Of a stretch of 64,000 nt of DNA, positions 48,501 through 63,834 are shown piece by piece. Positions within the stretch are counted from its first letter, which is position 1, and every line of letters begins with the position of its first letter. The notes beneath the pieces were generated by a model, which searched no databases, was not told the DNA's origin, and was given only the letters and a program-made list of their open reading frames with translations. Source of the DNA: Balanoglossus misakiensis (taxonomy: Eukaryota; Animalia; Hemichordata); the NCBI GenBank assembly GCA_040954595.2, contig CM082592.2, forward strand, positions 3,240,735 through 3,304,734, given 5' to 3'. The position numbers and the translations under genes were made by a program.

Positions 48501-51500
48501 AAGTTCAACTTGAGTGCGAATCAAGCTTTAACAGCATTTTCTGATGATGGATAAAATTCCCAACAAAGGACCTAATATTCATAGATCTTACCTTTATAAG
48601 GATGTACACGCAGAACATAAACTGATAAACAGTGTGCGTGTATCTCTTTCCCATAGGATTTCATTGATAATTGCTAGAAAACAAACTTCTACTACATGTA
48701 TTGTCATTTCACGACATTTTACACATAGCTCAGTCCAGTAAATATAAATTCATTGGTAATAAAATCGTGTGGTCCTACGCTCTATTTTGAGATAAATTTT
48801 CGTGAAAATAAGCTTTGTCCCGTCTGTCACTGATGCCATCAGCGACCATTTTGTTTAACATATACATTGTACATATCTACTACTACCACATCAAACTGGC
48901 CTAAAACTCCTCGAATGTAGAAACAAGCCTACCTTAAATAGCACTCTATGAAATCCACCACAAGAGCTGAATGTGGATCAATTTTCTGATGTCTGCGCCT
49001 GGTGCAGTAGGATTTCCACTTTCAGTCATACATGCAAGTGTATTCATGAAAAGTGTATTATTCATATCTGGTTGGAGTTTCTCACAGAATACCGATGCAC
49101 ACTCCAAAGAAATGCTAATTCATTCAAATTTTATGTTGTTGTCAGAGGAAAGCAACCAAGCTTGCTTGGGAGGCTGTCGTTGAGAAATTTTGAGTGATAT
49201 CCCTACTTTGTTTGGTTTTAGTATGGCCTTGTGGCAGTAATTAACATACGGTAAAATAAAATGATGGTCATTTTTTTTTTTTCTTTCAGTACTTCCATCG
49301 CATATTGATCCTGCTGATGTCCATGATGATCAGTTTGAAATAGGTTTGTAACCTTTTAGTGTGTAAGGTTAGAACCTAAGAAATTCATTGATCACAACCG
49401 ACTTTTCTCTGTTTGCAATGAATGTCTGAGAAAAATCAGACAATTTTCACGGATAAAAATAATTCAAAGTTAGCATTACTGGGGGTTTAAGGTTATATTT
49501 TCTTGTAGATGCCAAAAAGGAAAGGAAAGGTGACAGTTTAGAAACATAGACAGTAGGTGGAGTAGGACATGTAACTGTGGTAAACATCAAAGTATTGTTG
49601 CGCTGTAAAGATTTAATGCACAATGAATAACAGATAAAGCATGACAAGTTGAGATCGATATCGACTTTGTATCAAATACCCGCCTTTGGTAAACTGTCAT
49701 TGTCAATCAATCTGTATGTACCAAGTGGCCACTATATAGAGGTGACCACTAACAGGGGTTTGACTGTATGTCAATTGGGTGATTAAGGAAGGTGTCATGT
49801 TTTTCTCATTTTAGAATCTGATATTTATGAAGATCCAGCTGTGAGATACGAAGGTGCTGCTGCTAACCCTGACCCTATTGATATGAAGAATTATTTGGTA
49901 AGTTACTAATGATGTTCTACCATGACTGAGGAAGTTAATGGTGCTATAGGCATCATGTCTGTCTTTGGAGTAGATAGATGGACAGAAAAACAGACAGACG
50001 GACAGACAGACAGATAGATTAGCTAGTAAATATAGCAGATGAAACTTCTGTGTGAAGGAAACATAAAAATAAAACCCCACTCTCTCGACTTGCTAACTAG
50101 TGTTTTACAATGTATTCAACTTGTATTTCAAAGTGAGAATGAAATCAGTACCCAATACTGGTATTAAAGCTATAAGAATTTGCCTCGTGAAACCCATCCT
50201 TGACTGCATTGTACACAGTTCAGTTTTCCATTGATGACTGATTCTTATCCCTGTAATTTTCAACACAGGTTCCATTTGAATTGGATTTTGGTACAGACTT
50301 CCAAGATAAGCTATCGTCCACACCAACACATAGCAGTGATGAGGTATGGTCAAAAATAAAAGGTTATATTGTCAGTTACAGTCAAGGTGGCTGCAATCAT
50401 CCAGACAGAGACTTAGTAATAATGCTGGTGATAGCAGACCTAATGGAGGTACCCCTATATGCATATGGAAATGAGAAATTGGGGGTGCGCTGTCCCAACA
50501 ACTTACTATATTTTTTCTTACATTTTCTTTTTAAGATTTTATTTTATTTTAGCAATTTGTCAAACTAAATTACACACCGGCCTGTTGCAAATCGCGGATT
50601 TTTAAAAAACCAACCAGCTCAATTTTTATGACACAAAAACTTCCGGAGCAGTGAATAAACAAACCCTGGTCTATTGGAAGTTTTCGCATTGTAAAATTTG
50701 AGCTACCGGTAGTTTAAAAAAATCACAGACACTCTTTTTATGATAGCTACGACAGCTTGCATTCACGCAAATTTGAGATAGATACCTCAAAGCGTATGTA
50801 GGTATGTTTGTCTGTTCTTGCTGTAATATTGAAGGCATGTCTAGTTGTTGCAAGAAATGTTAGGATATTTGGACTCGATAGAAACTCATTTCATTGTCTC
50901 TTTCAGGATGATGCTGAATCAGACGGAGAATTATCCATGGCCCCCACAGAGATTTACATGTCTCCAATCGGATCACCACGGAGACTGTCCAGAGTGGATC
51001 TACTCATGTCACCGGATTTCAGTGCACATGATCTCAAGAAAAAAGCTGCAGGTACATGCTTTTCCATTGTTGCAATAACCAACAGTATGGGTTAAATACT
51101 ATTTAGTATTTCGCATGACTATAATTATTCAATAGCTGGTTCTATCACTAGCAAAACAGAGCCAATCAGAGCATGCCTCTCATAAAACTGTTTAAATTAT
51201 CATTATATATTAAAATAAAATATATAACGGAGGACCTATCAGATGCAACTGATAAGGTGACAACAAATATATTCACGGTATCAACAAACACTCAAACATG
51301 TTTGATGGCTTCTCTCAACACAGGCATCAACATGCTTCTTGTTTTCCGTGCTCAAACATTTTCCGTACACCAAATTAAAATCTAACCAGCAACTTGTTTT
51401 AACACAAGGAAAGTGACTGGATATGTTTTTTAGAGTGATACATTCTTACCACTAAAGGCACAGGCTTAATGAGGACACCCCAGGAGTAATGTGTTTTATT

Positions 51501-54500
51501 TCATTCCGGTAATAATAATTTTATACCTGTAATAAAAAATTCATGCCTGTTTTTCATCACTCTCTGGCACATTGATTTATGAATATTTTTCATTGCAGCA
51601 TATCGCAAGAGAACCAAGTCCAGAAGGGTTGTATTCCAGGGTCACGATTCCGGTCAAATCTTTGAAATGCCGGTGTTTGGAGAGTCTCCTTGTTCCAGTC
51701 CGGCACCAACACCACCAAGCAGTGTCAGTGATGTAGAAGAGCAACAGGTAATGTGTGCTTCACAGTCTGAGACCCTTTTTTGTCACAGACAGTTTTCCAA
51801 AATAGAGACTGTAAGGTAATGCCGCAGCTCTTTATCACAATCATTCACGTATCAGTATTTATTCAGATGTTCTGTTAGATTGACAAAGTCTCTCTCTTGC
51901 TGCCCTTTTTCCATTAATTATGTTTGATACAATACACTGTTTATGTTTTTCTACATGTGAATATATAGAGAATCAACATTCAACCACACACAACTTCCAT
52001 TACGAGAGTGAAAAACTCGCCAAAATGAATAATTGGTGTTTACCATTTATTCATTTTGGCGAGATTTTTACTCTCATATCCTAGCAAGAGAGAGACTTTG
52101 TCCCTTTTATACGCATTCAAAATTTACTTTGCGTAAAATGTAACAAAATCAGATCTGATACTCTGTCGGTCAATTACACAAATATCCTTGACAGTACTGC
52201 TACTGTGGCTTTCTTATGAAGAGTTTTGTGAACCTGTCAATTACTTTTATTTGTTTTTGATATGCCATTAAACTGTTTGTTCCCTTTGCAAAGAATGACT
52301 GCATTCAGTGTTGCATTGCATTTAATTTCATTTGATACTGCGCTGTCCTAACACATATCCATTGGCCATGGTGTCGACCGAAGTCTTGCTTTGATTCTTT
52401 TTATTAGAGAGAAAAGGGTTTGTGATAGAGACCACTTCCTATTTTCCTCATGTATGCTAAAATATGTAAACTAGTATGCAAATAAATGATCAATGTCTTA
52501 TGCATTTTAGGATGAATTAATCGAGGAAACAGATGGAGAAGAAGAAGAAAGTGCAAAAGAAGAAGAGGTGACATTTAAACCAATTGAAACATTGGAAGGT
52601 AAACTACCAGCATTTTGCATATTTTACTCCTAGACTTATTGTTACCAGAATCCAGCCTACATCTCTGCAGAAGAGGAAAGTTTATCTCATGCTAAAGATT
52701 TTACTGATCCAACTGGTGTATTAAATGCAAAATTTGCCCTTTTATATAATTTTATGTACCCATTAGGGCCCACTTGACCTGTGAAAATTCAGGGATCATA
52801 ATTTGACGAAAGTCAAAAAGTGATATTTCAGCCAAGAGATCACCTCTCGCATTCCATGGCCCATATATTATTGACATTTATTGACCCATAGTCTTTTCTT
52901 GGAGAACCAAAGTGGATGCTGTAAGTTTAATTACAAATAATAGTATGGTTTATAGTTTCTGGTTTTTCACAAGGTATTACACATGACTATATCTTACAGA
53001 AAGTACACCAGCTGCGGTAATAGAGATTCCTGAAGTGAAGAAATCACCTTTAAAAAGCAAGCCATCTCGCTTTGATTTATCTCAATACAAGATCGATTCC
53101 AAGGCACTGATGAAAGATGCACCCAAAGAAGTTGTTGCGAGTCCCACGAAGAAAGCTGAAATGCCAGAAACTAATGTGGTGGGTGCAATAATTCATCCTT
53201 TTATTTATAAAATCATAAGATTTCCAACTGCACATCTTGTACAGTACTGACTTGGGTTAACACCTATGTTTATTCATTACCGTATATATTCAGGCAATTT
53301 TTTTACAAAATCTTTGAAACAGATTGAACACAATCCGTCAGTTCGATTTGTAACTGTCATTATTTCCGCCCCCATATTGACCTGCAGCAATTCAGGGATA
53401 TACGACAGTGACACTGGACATGAAAAACAGTAATTTTTACCAATGCGATAATTTAAGGCATCAAATATATTTTGAAAAGTCAAACAGTGGCACTTACATG
53501 TATGTCGAAGCATTTACTGATGATATTGTCAGGTGCACTTTGGGTGACAGTATACCCTACTGAAGATTCATTTGCCATGATATTGTTGTTCGCGCAGAAA
53601 CCAGTTGTATCTGGACGTGTCATTCAGAAGAAACAGATGAAAGCAGAAAGAACCAGAGTTGCCAAGAAAGTGAAAACATTAGTGCCACCAGGAGAGGACA
53701 TTCCAGAACCTGAACAACAGCAACAACAAGAAAAAGAACAAGCAAGTCCATTTATGGTGTCACATAAAGAACCTGTCAGAAAAGTAAGTTATATCAATTC
53801 AAACTACAATCATATACCAGGTTCACACAGGGTAAAATTCAAAACGTTTCAGAGACACTATTTGCAAATGGTAAACACAGAGCATTAATCCTTTGAGTTG
53901 CCTTGTGTCCACACGCACAAAGTTTATGTATAGGCGCATAGGTTTGAACTCAGTAAGAGAAATATGGAACTATGCTTTTAAATTTCTTTTCTATAGGAAC
54001 CCACCCAGAAAAAGCAACCAGCCACTTCACCAAACAAGAAAGCTGTCAATCAACAAGTTCAAAAGTCTACAACAAGTGCAGTGATAACTCTGGAAGCTCC
54101 TGGAAATGCTGTGGAGGTTCGATCGGGTATGAAACCAAGCAAGACGACAGTGAAAGTAAAGAAGACATCTGTTGCTGATCAAAGCTACCCAAGTAACAAA
54201 CCAATAGTGTCTGTGTCACCAACAGCTGATGTGGAAAAATCTCAAAGTGTCACAATTTCTGCTTCTGATAACCAGACAGCTGATGACAAGGTATGTACAA
54301 TCAAATCTCCATGTATCTATTCTAATTTACATTGTATACCAGCAAATGCAATGGAAACACTTAAATGCTCATTTGCATATTTAATGATGTTTTGTAATAA
54401 GGGGATATCTCAAGAAATTCTCAACCAAATTCAGTTGAACTTTGTGCATGCTTTGATTACCCCATTAGCATCACTATGATGGAAGTTTTAGTGGGTTTCA

Positions 54501-57500
54501 TTTAATTAATTCTCATTTGCAAAATTAACAACCAATCCAATGTGAATATTCATGGCAGATTGTACATCTTTTCCCACACAGGTCAAAGAATATACAACAC
54601 CAGCAACAGAGGAAATAACTGAATCTATTAAAGCCACAAAGACTGAAGATAAAGTATATTTTACTGATGTAGATAAAGATAAAAGTAAAGGTAATGTTAC
54701 AAACCCAATTCATTCATTCTGTTTTGCAGAAGACGACAACACTCTTCCTTCACCATGATCGTATTTGCGAAACGAAACAGAGACTATGATAGAGTACGCG
54801 TTGTGTGCATTGCTGGCCGCCACGTCGTAGAAGATGACGTCATAAATCAGGCGAAATGTATGCGATTCTGTCATAGCTCTTGTGTGATTGGGCGGTTTGC
54901 TTACACCTGACCTTATTATTTTGACTTCTGAATTTATGAAGCTCAGGACTGCACACATTTTTCCTTCAGCTTAACAGTCAGTTGACAAACACCTGGTTAA
55001 AAATTATACCTGGTACAGTCACAACTCACAGAATCTTATCACATCCATAGGCACCACAGATGTGAACAGGGCCGAGTCTAGAGTGACTGTTCCTAGGAAA
55101 CAAAGCCCTACAGATATACCCCTGGTACTTAACACTTATGAAGATGAAACTGATGAAGAGCCAGAATTGATGGCATTGACGGAAACAGAAGATACCACAC
55201 CGGCACCCAAAACAATTCAGCAACTGTTTCTCACCCAGGAAAGCCAGGCAGTTCATGAATCCAGATCCAGTGATAAAATAAGGCGACGCACACCAAGCAC
55301 TCCCTCTGCAAGTAAAGAAAGAGCACCAATTATCATCCCTACGGTAACGAGAGACGAGGATGACGTTACTGCAGATACATCAAGTGGCAAAGTAAACCCT
55401 GTAACGGAGATGCGTAAGTACATTTAAATGTTTAAAAAAAGTTACATACTAAACGGGTGCCTCACCCATTTATTCAGCCGCCCATTGCAAGAGTACACAA
55501 TTGTGGTATGCACACATTGGTATAAGAATCTCAACATGCTAGACTATGTTCACTTCAATAACTGGAATCGCTAAAGTAATTTCAATAAACTACCAAAATA
55601 GTATGAGTCTATGCATGTTGGGCTAACTGGTGTAAAATTATTTGCTCAGTTGAATATGAATCTGTATTGAGATTCTATGCATTTGTTTTTTTTTCTTGTT
55701 GCATATATGAAATATAGGTGGAAGACCCCATGCTGGTAAAAGACCCCAAACTGCTCATGTGACATTCCAAGATAGAAGTGAGGTAAGATATTGTCTAGGA
55801 AATTGCTAAATCATTCACTTTGGAAGTGTCCTTGATGCTATTTTTAAGGAATTGTCTGATTGATAAGTACAGCTACAACTGATATGTATGATGTATGTTA
55901 CTCTTTATGTACTGCTGATTTTATTCAGTTGGTAACACAGTGTCATTGATGCTATTTTTTTAAGTTTCTGGTTATTTTATGTCTCATTTTATTCACAGTA
56001 TGGAGATGAAATTATCAGAAAATATAAAAGCTGTCCAACGTAAGTACATGTACTTTATATTCTATGTGTGAATAATAACAGATTTCTTCAATCACGATAT
56101 GGTTTGGATTTTACTCTCAGTTAAGCGTAGTATGTGTACTAACAGAAAATGAAATTAATTTTCAATGGAAGTGTTTCCACATGTACAAACATCATCTCTT
56201 CCACTTTCTAACCATCATATCTTTCAACAGAATATTTTGGCAAATTATATTATAAATACACCCAGATTTGTCAAGTGTCATATTATCTAAATGAATATTG
56301 AAACCTATCTTGCAGAACTCCATGTGATTTGTACAGCAGAGAGACTTGGTTTGAGGACTATCAAGAAAAGCTGATAAAAAGGTATTCTTTGGCAATTTAG
56401 TCTGTCCATAAAATTTTCCATTTGCTTTCGTCTGTGCAGCAGTTTGTGAGTTTAGGTTTTTTTCTCCAGCATATTTATTTTGCAAGAGCACTAAGTGCAT
56501 ATGCTGATTTTGCGGAAGGACACTGCCATCTTTCTAAATTCACATACATTTCATCATTATTTCTCAAAAGTTGCAGCTCATGGGGCTTTAAAGCGTAATT
56601 GCATTGGTCTCTTCAAAATTGTTTTCAAATGAAGTAAAGATAAAAATATTTTTTTTTTTTTTTACTTTTCTGTGGAACACTCTTGAGAAATTATTTCCTA
56701 AGTCTGTTCTTATTATGATTTGCAAAACTTATGATGAAAGTATCATTATTGTATTTTGGGGGCAATTCTTGGCATTTTTGTTTAAATAAAGTACATTTCC
56801 CTGAAACTGCTCATTTAGTTCTGTGCAATGTGCTTTGCAGTTTCCTGGGGGAATTATTATGATTTATTGAGTTTATAGTGAATATGTAAAACTTGTCTTA
56901 AGGGCATTTTGATAAGCAAACAATAAGTTTAAAACTATTTTTATCTAAGGGATCAGATGTTGAAAGCACAGAGACAATACAGAATGGAGAACGCTTATCA
57001 GAAAAGACGATTGTTGGAGTTAAGACAACGTGAACGAAGGAGAGCCTTACTCGGCCACAAATTCTGTGAGGAAGGCTATAACAGTGAGAGTGCCTTAGAC
57101 AGAGGTATGTTTGCTTTGGAGGAGTCGCACGGTGCCAGTTAGTCTTGCTCCAAGACTGTGTGATACTGAAAATGAAATGCGCGTCCACGTTACGTATAGA
57201 ACGTCCTGTGGACGCAACGCTAATCACACAGTCTTGCCGATTCTGTAAACGCCCTCAAGTTGTATTACCAGATTTTGGTAAGTAGCGGAGAACATTCGAA
57301 CCTCGTATGTCTGTCAATCAAATTAGCGTCGCGTCAACATGATGTTCTATACGCGTACATACTACATATAGAATACACATTTTGAATGTTATTGCGAGCT
57401 TGTGTGTGCTTCTACACGTTCTATAAGCGGATGAACCCCGCCTCTCCCCTTACTCATGAATATTCATATCAAATATATGTGTACAGAAACGTACAGTCGC

Positions 57501-59438
57501 TTTGCCTGGCGGTGCGTTGTACCAAAGTTCCATTCCTTATCGACAGGCACAGCGACTGCCATAGAGTCTAGGTGCCAGTGTGTATGATATGTGGTGATAC
57601 AGAAGGATTTAAAGGTATACGGTCACCTCCAATTTAAATACGCCCATATAAGGCTGAAATGGCATATTTGAGCATTCTAATGAATATATGGTGGCTCTCT
57701 TTTTTTCGCGTGTGCCACCCACTGAAAATCTGTGATTGGCTAGATCCCAATTTGCCATGGTAACTGTAGCTATATTTGTATAGGTGACTGCATACCTTTA
57801 AAGCACAGCCCTATCCCTGGCAAGGTTATTAAAGCATACACAATCTTACTAATCCAATTTTTTTTCTGGATATGGTATTTTCAAAATCTTTAAATTATTT
57901 AAATTCTCGACACATTTCAACACAATCTGAGAAAAGCGTGTTTTCAATGGAATGGTTCTGTCTTTTAGCTCCACTGTCAGCCACATAGGATGATCATCTG
58001 CCGTCTGTCAACACTTGTAGTTTGCATTATCTTGACTGACGGCTTGCATGTATAAGCGCAACACTAAACTCCTTCCAATAGAAAGACTCCATCCTGCTCT
58101 TAACTCCATTGTTATCTCTGATCTGTCACAATACCTAATCAAGAATTTTTTTTTTAATTTATGTACTTCAGAGTTTAGCTACCAGCCTGAGACAGTGACA
58201 GTGTACAGTGTATTGTAGAATATTTAATTAGATTTTACAGCAAGTAATATGATGATGTCACCAACAATCTTACATCTGTTGCCATTTTAACGTACAAAAT
58301 GTATTGAAATAAACTCTGATGGACATTTCAGACTTAAGGACACAATCTGAGACTGCGTTGAATGCTCTGAGAAGACAAACTCAAAGTGCTACTCCTGAGA
58401 CGTCAGCATTTAGCAGTTCATCCTCCAAAAGACCAACTTCTGCTTTTGCTAAATTCAAAGAACAAGAAGATCTTGCAGCAAACAGACCGTTCAGGTAAGA
58501 TAATACAAGTAAGGATTTGAGTAGCAGAATAGGATTGCAGATATATATCATGGATGCTAAAATATACCAAATAAGGGCAAAGAAGGTCTGCAGCAGTGCC
58601 CATACATCAAAAGAAGCAAAGGATTATCAAATCTAGATCTTTCCCTGTAGATGTGATATGCCAGATTACATCACATTTGGTTCAGTGGTTTTCAATTAAA
58701 GACATCAGGTCTAATTATCAATATCATTCAAGGTAAGCTGATTAACAGGTCCAAGTTTTTGTTAATTTACAGAGTTAGCCTGAGCAAGTCACCAACTCAA
58801 ATCAAAACCAGTGATTCCGAGGTGTTTGTGCATACACCAGGTGATGGACGACCAATGGTGATTAAGAGACCAACTAAATCTATGCCCAGTAAATGTAGGT
58901 AAGTATGTTGGTCAGAATTGCTTTCTGGAAATCTGTGAACCCTATGGTAATGTATGATCTGCCTTATAATCTCACTTACTCAGTTCAGGAGAAGAATTTT
59001 GATAAAATGATCAAAATATTGCACTGTTTGTATACACTTGCACATCAATAGTAAGGTTGTTCCTACTTAGCATTGGATTCTGACAGATTTTGCTAAAATC
59101 CCTTTAAAATTTAGATTGTCTCTCTTCATCTGATTTGTCATTGCATATATGGGGGCATATGTAAATTAGAGGTGAATTTATACATTTAAAACATTGTAAT
59201 AACAATAAATCTATTATATTTTTTTTATTTCAGACGCTATGTGTTAGTGTCTCATAGGCCTGTTCATCCACCATACCCCAAACCCACTGCTTTGGAGGAA
59301 CATCTTTTGCCAAATCGCTTTCCTAAAGATATGAAAAGATGGAAAGAATTTAAGGATTATATCAAGAATGGTTTGCCTGAAGATCCCCATATGATGTTCG
59401 GCGATGTTGACGATTTCATGAATTCTTCTTGGAAGTAA
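39531..59438 (+). CDS. Large multi-exon WD40-repeat protein with long low-complexity charged C-terminus (WDR87/WDR97-like)
   Basis: More than 30 exons, e.g. 39531-39918, 40734-40820, 40939-41048, 41507-41626, 43380-43545, 44151-44356, 44742-44903, 47219-47371, 47747-47991, 48344-48498, 53598-53783, 55031-55413, 59234-59438. WD motifs KIWSLTGGLVTTFRGHAKPITNLLLHP..LTCSMDGTVRLWSL and SDGMIKIWD. Orthology is uncertain and not every junction was frame-checked. Confidence 0.75.
43057..43256. mobile_element. TA-flanked CTGTA...TACAG MITE; related copies at ~21031-21120, ~29694-29815, ~44530-44683
   Basis: TACTGTAAAATTATAATTTTCGTG ... CGCAAAAATTACAGTA. Internal TCTCGTATTTCACTGCAT is shared with the 29.7-kb and 44.6-kb copies; the 21.0-kb copy shares the terminus. 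Confidence 0.65.
47392..47578. mobile_element. TTAA-flanked MITE (Kolobok-like); same family as 57613-57797 and partial ~27567-27668
   Basis: TTAA-AGGTATACAGTCACCT ... AGGTGACTGTATACCT-TTAA. Confidence 0.8.
57613..57797. mobile_element. TTAA-flanked MITE, inverted copy of the 47392-47578 family
   Basis: TTAA-AGGTATACGGTCACCT ... AGGTGACTGCATACCT-TTAA; the internal sequence is the reverse complement of the 47.4-kb copy. Confidence 0.8.
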
Positions 59439-60600
59439 AACTTTCAATTCTTGGACATATACCACGTTCACGTCAGGGGACATAACACAACTGTCATTTG
59501 GGGATAAAATTGGGCCGTTTCCACGCTGTTTTCATCTCTGAATTAGGCAGACTCAAATTTGAAGAGATTTGCCCCCCCCCCTCCCTTTGCGACCTTTGAG
59601 CTGTCATATTTTTAAATGGCTCGCTATTTCTATTGTTCATGATTTTCTTGTGTTTTTTTGCGCACAAGAAGGGAAAATATGACAGCCACCTGCCATTTCA
59701 ATCATCAGAGAAATTTTAACTATTTATTGTATGCGCAGAAGGTACATGTACATCAGCGGTGGAGAAATAACCAGTGCGCGGTATTTCATGTGAAGGATCA
59801 ACTAGGCTGATGTAACTCCATGAACACGTCCACATACGTGAATTAAGTTAAGTCGGCCCAGATTTTATGTAGGCCCTGGTCCCCTCTTCCTACCGGGACC
59901 AAACTTTGTCAGCCCCGGGCCGACATAACCTACATGTCCACATGGTTTTTCGACACCGGCCCAGGCCCTGGTGTAGCACCGCCGTAATGAGTTATGGTGT
60001 GAACCCCACAATATTGTACAGATTTGGCTGATGTACAGAGAAGTTATGCAACAAGGAGGTTTCATATGCAGCAGGAGATGGCCACTTCATATTTTATTTG
60101 TGTGTTATTTAAATATTGAACACTGTAAATAATTTGCCCATACTGTGTGTTATATTGCTTTTAAACTTCACTTTGTACAAAAGTTATTTATTGGGGATCA
60201 GTCAGAGATACCATAGCTTTTACACAGAACAAATTTTATTGACAACATTTCTTTCAGAAATCAATCGTCAACACTCATAATGCAAATAGAATGACTCACT
60301 GTACATTTATTCACACATTTACCAAGTAACTTTCAAATCTGGAAATTTTGCAATTTTATAATGTTAGTAAAGGCGATGTCATCTGCTGAACCATTTCGTC
60401 AGCATGGCTCAATCCAAATTGATTGTTTTATTTGGTACGATTGGACTTCTCTAGAGGGACACAGGGGTGAGATTAAATCTCTCACAAACCCTCGTGTCTT
60501 CAGTCATCCGCTGAACCCTTTCACCACAATGGTTCAGTCCAAACCCATTGTTTTCTATGACAAGGTTTGACCACTATACAGGGAACGGGGGGTGAGAGGG

Positions 60601-63600
60601 TTAATCTAGCTGAATGAGTTGTTGACTGCTTTCTTTCCTCTGTACAACATCAAAATTGGTTTCCAACAGTTCATAACTTTCTGTCTTCAACTCTGGGTGT
60701 TCAATCCCAGGCCCTGTGTAGAATTTATCATCAAATACATTGGCTGTACAGAGAAAAAAAAAACAAAGAATATTAATACAAGTATTTGATCGATTCAAAA
60801 TAGCAATGAGGCATCTTTAGTGACAATTAAAGGTCAAAATGAAACAAACTGACCCAAAGGTGAATAATAAACACTACATTACCTAAAAGTAGGACGTTTT
60901 TTGGGGGTGGGTGCGATTAACACTTGTCAGCAACCTCAGTTATTCAGCTTAGAATTGCACATACAACTGTACATTTTTGACATGAGCAAGTCATTAAAGT
61001 TTAGGAGGTTGCTCTGATTATTCAGTATTCTTGTTTTCTGTTTGCAGAGGGCTATACATGTATAACTATAATGTGTAATATTGCTATATACAGTCTCAAA
61101 GATATATATAATTTGGCCTGCAGCTTGACTTGCAACTATGACCTCAAGGATGTATGATTAGTAATGTTGAAAGCATTGTGATTTCTTTAATTGTGGAGTT
61201 TAGGATTCTCCTTTGTAAATATATATTGTAAAATAACAATCCATAATAAAACCTAGGGGTTACCTTGCTTGTTTTTATACGAATATCAAATTTGAGCTTG
61301 GCGACCATACAATTATATTCGCGCACTGACTTTAATTTCATTGGCTGAGTTTCATTTATGTGGAAAACTTCATTGAAATGACAATAGTAGAAGTGGGTTT
61401 TCTAGCAATTATTCCATGTTCTGGTAGAGTGCGTATCACTGAAACTGGACTATCTGGCAGATATAACTGCAGATGCTTAGAAATATTCAAGCTTTTAAAA
61501 AACAAAGAAAGACTACATAAAAGTCCATGTTTGCAACCATTTTACTGTTATAGACAAAGAAAATTTAAAAGAAATATTATATAAAATTCTTTCCACCTGG
61601 AAACAAACATGACAAAAATAATTGAGATTAAAAAAAAAACTTACTGGCTTCACGTCCATGGCAGAAAAGTCTACAGAAACTTGCAACAACAATGCAGATG
61701 AAAAGTAGCATAGCAAATGCTATCAAAACACCAATGATGATGAAAACAATGTAGCCAAATTTGGATATATTACTTGGAAGAGGAGCTGTTGCGAAAAAAA
61801 AAGAAATTGAAAATGCTACATTAGAAAACTGTATTTTATAAGACTGGAGACCACAGATTGAAGCTTGCAAGTATTAGGTAATGAGAACACAGTGACATTT
61901 TCTTACAGAAAAATAAAAATTCCTACTGATAAAAAATAATTTAAAATATTGCAAAAACAAATTCAGGATAACATTTGTCGTAAACTTTATGTTTGGAATG
62001 TACAGAAGTGTGGGTTAAAGGTGTGCGGCTACCTTTTTATATACACATGCCCATATATGGCTAAAATGATGTGTCTGAGTATTCAAAAGACTTGTCACCA
62101 TATGGTGGTGCTTTATCTGTGTGGCCTCCTACAAAAATCTGTGATTGGCTACACCTCCAGTTTCCAGGGAAACCAAAGCTAAATTTGCATACCATGTACA
62201 CCTTTAATATTTTTCCACTTAATATACTGGCATGACTTATATCAATTCTCCTGTTGCATCTGATTAATAAAAGACTCCCTGTTCTCACCTTGAGTGGGAT
62301 TGTCATCTATTTGACGTAAAACACGATTTTTCTTGGAGTCTACAGTGAAATTGAGAGTGGTGACAGGTGAAACACCAATTTCATTGACTGCCTGGACGTT
62401 GAGTTGATAATGACCGTTGGGTTGCAAATCCCGGATAGCATAAGATGTCTGCTGAGAAAATGTAAATAAAAGTGAAAAAATTCACAAATATTATGTGCGG
62501 ATCATGATTTAAATATTAGAGCATAAAAACTGTAACTATCATATTTAACTGAAAATACCAAAGCAGTTGTAGAATTGGAAAACCGAAGCATAAGTCACTC
62601 TCACTGAAGGTACTTTGACTCAGCATGGAAATGTGTCCAGACTTGCCTTAACCTGAAGAATTCTGCTGGCTGGTATTCTCAGTTTAAAAAAGGACTATTT
62701 CACAGAGCTACATGTACAAATGTGTGTCCACAGGGCCCAACATTGAAAATAATCTGCAGCAATAATATGCTTTTTCACAAAATACTGGGATTTATGTCCG
62801 GGAACATCGTACAGCGGAGGTACTGTCCAAAAAAACCCTGGTGTTATTGGACTCTGCGTCCTCATTTGCATACTATTTAGTTATTGTATTCTGATACCAA
62901 GAATTATTGCAGAACGGAATTCCATAGGTTACAGCATTTTGTGTATAATAATGGCTATGATAGACAAGTAGAACACTTCACTCATACAGAACACATGTAC
63001 ACAAATACACACACAAAACAGATGTGTCATTTGGGAACAATATCTACACACACTACCGGGGTATTAGTGCCTACAGAAGAATTAGTTCCATAAGATAGCT
63101 CAAGCATACTACATGTATATATGTGTGATGCATCACCTGTTTCTCAGCCTGATAGTCAACAGTTGGAAGATGAAACCAGGCTGTCTTATTCCCAACAAAC
63201 TGACAGTACTCAATTTGAATGTACTTGATAGGGTAGCCTCCATCATTGCTGGGTCTCCATTCAACACTCGCGGTAGTTGTATCAATAAAAGTCACCGTCA
63301 CATTCACAGCATCTGGTACGCCTGTATGCACCACAGAACATCATTATACACACTATATTAGGTTCTGTACAGCATCAACACTTTAAATATCATCCGTAGC
63401 TGTATATAGCTGTATATGTATAGAGATTAATCATTTTGCACAGTTTTAGATAACAGTAAATGGTAATATAATAACACAATTTCTACAAATAAAAGCATGG
63501 TCGACTTGAACAAATTTCTTTGCCAACAGTGACTATCAAGATCTGTCTGCTAGCCCGTCTGAGTAATGGGCATATGGGTTACGAATTTTTATGGTGAACG

Positions 63601-63834
63601 TTTGTAACATAATAGTAAAGCTATGCTTAATTCACATTTTTCGTGACTGTATAAAGATCATAGCAGGACCAATGCATGCAATATGCACTAATTTTCTGAC
63701 TTACTTTTGACTGAAATGAAAGTACTTTGCTGAACCTGATGTTGTATCTCACCAAAGGAATTCCAAGCTACACATGTGTATGAACCAGTCTCATGACTCG
63801 TTACATTGGTGAGCTTCAGAGCTGTGTCATTGAT
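60601..63834 (-). CDS. Ig + fibronectin type III single-pass membrane protein, 3' exons (5' part outside the window)
   Basis: In-frame exons: 63834-63705 (Ig C-half LTNVTSHETGSYTCVAWNSFG), 63321-63137 (FN3 VEWRPSNDGGYPIKY), 62451-62289 (LQPNGHYQLNVQAVNEIGVS), 61785-61645 (TM FGYIVFIIIGVLIAFAMLLFICIVVASF), 60743-60601 (short cytoplasmic tail). Confidence 0.8.

Noticed and set aside
60601-63834. Cytokine receptor partner of the nearby JAK
   Set aside because: No WSXWS or proline-rich Box1 motif in the visible exons; proximity alone is not evidence.
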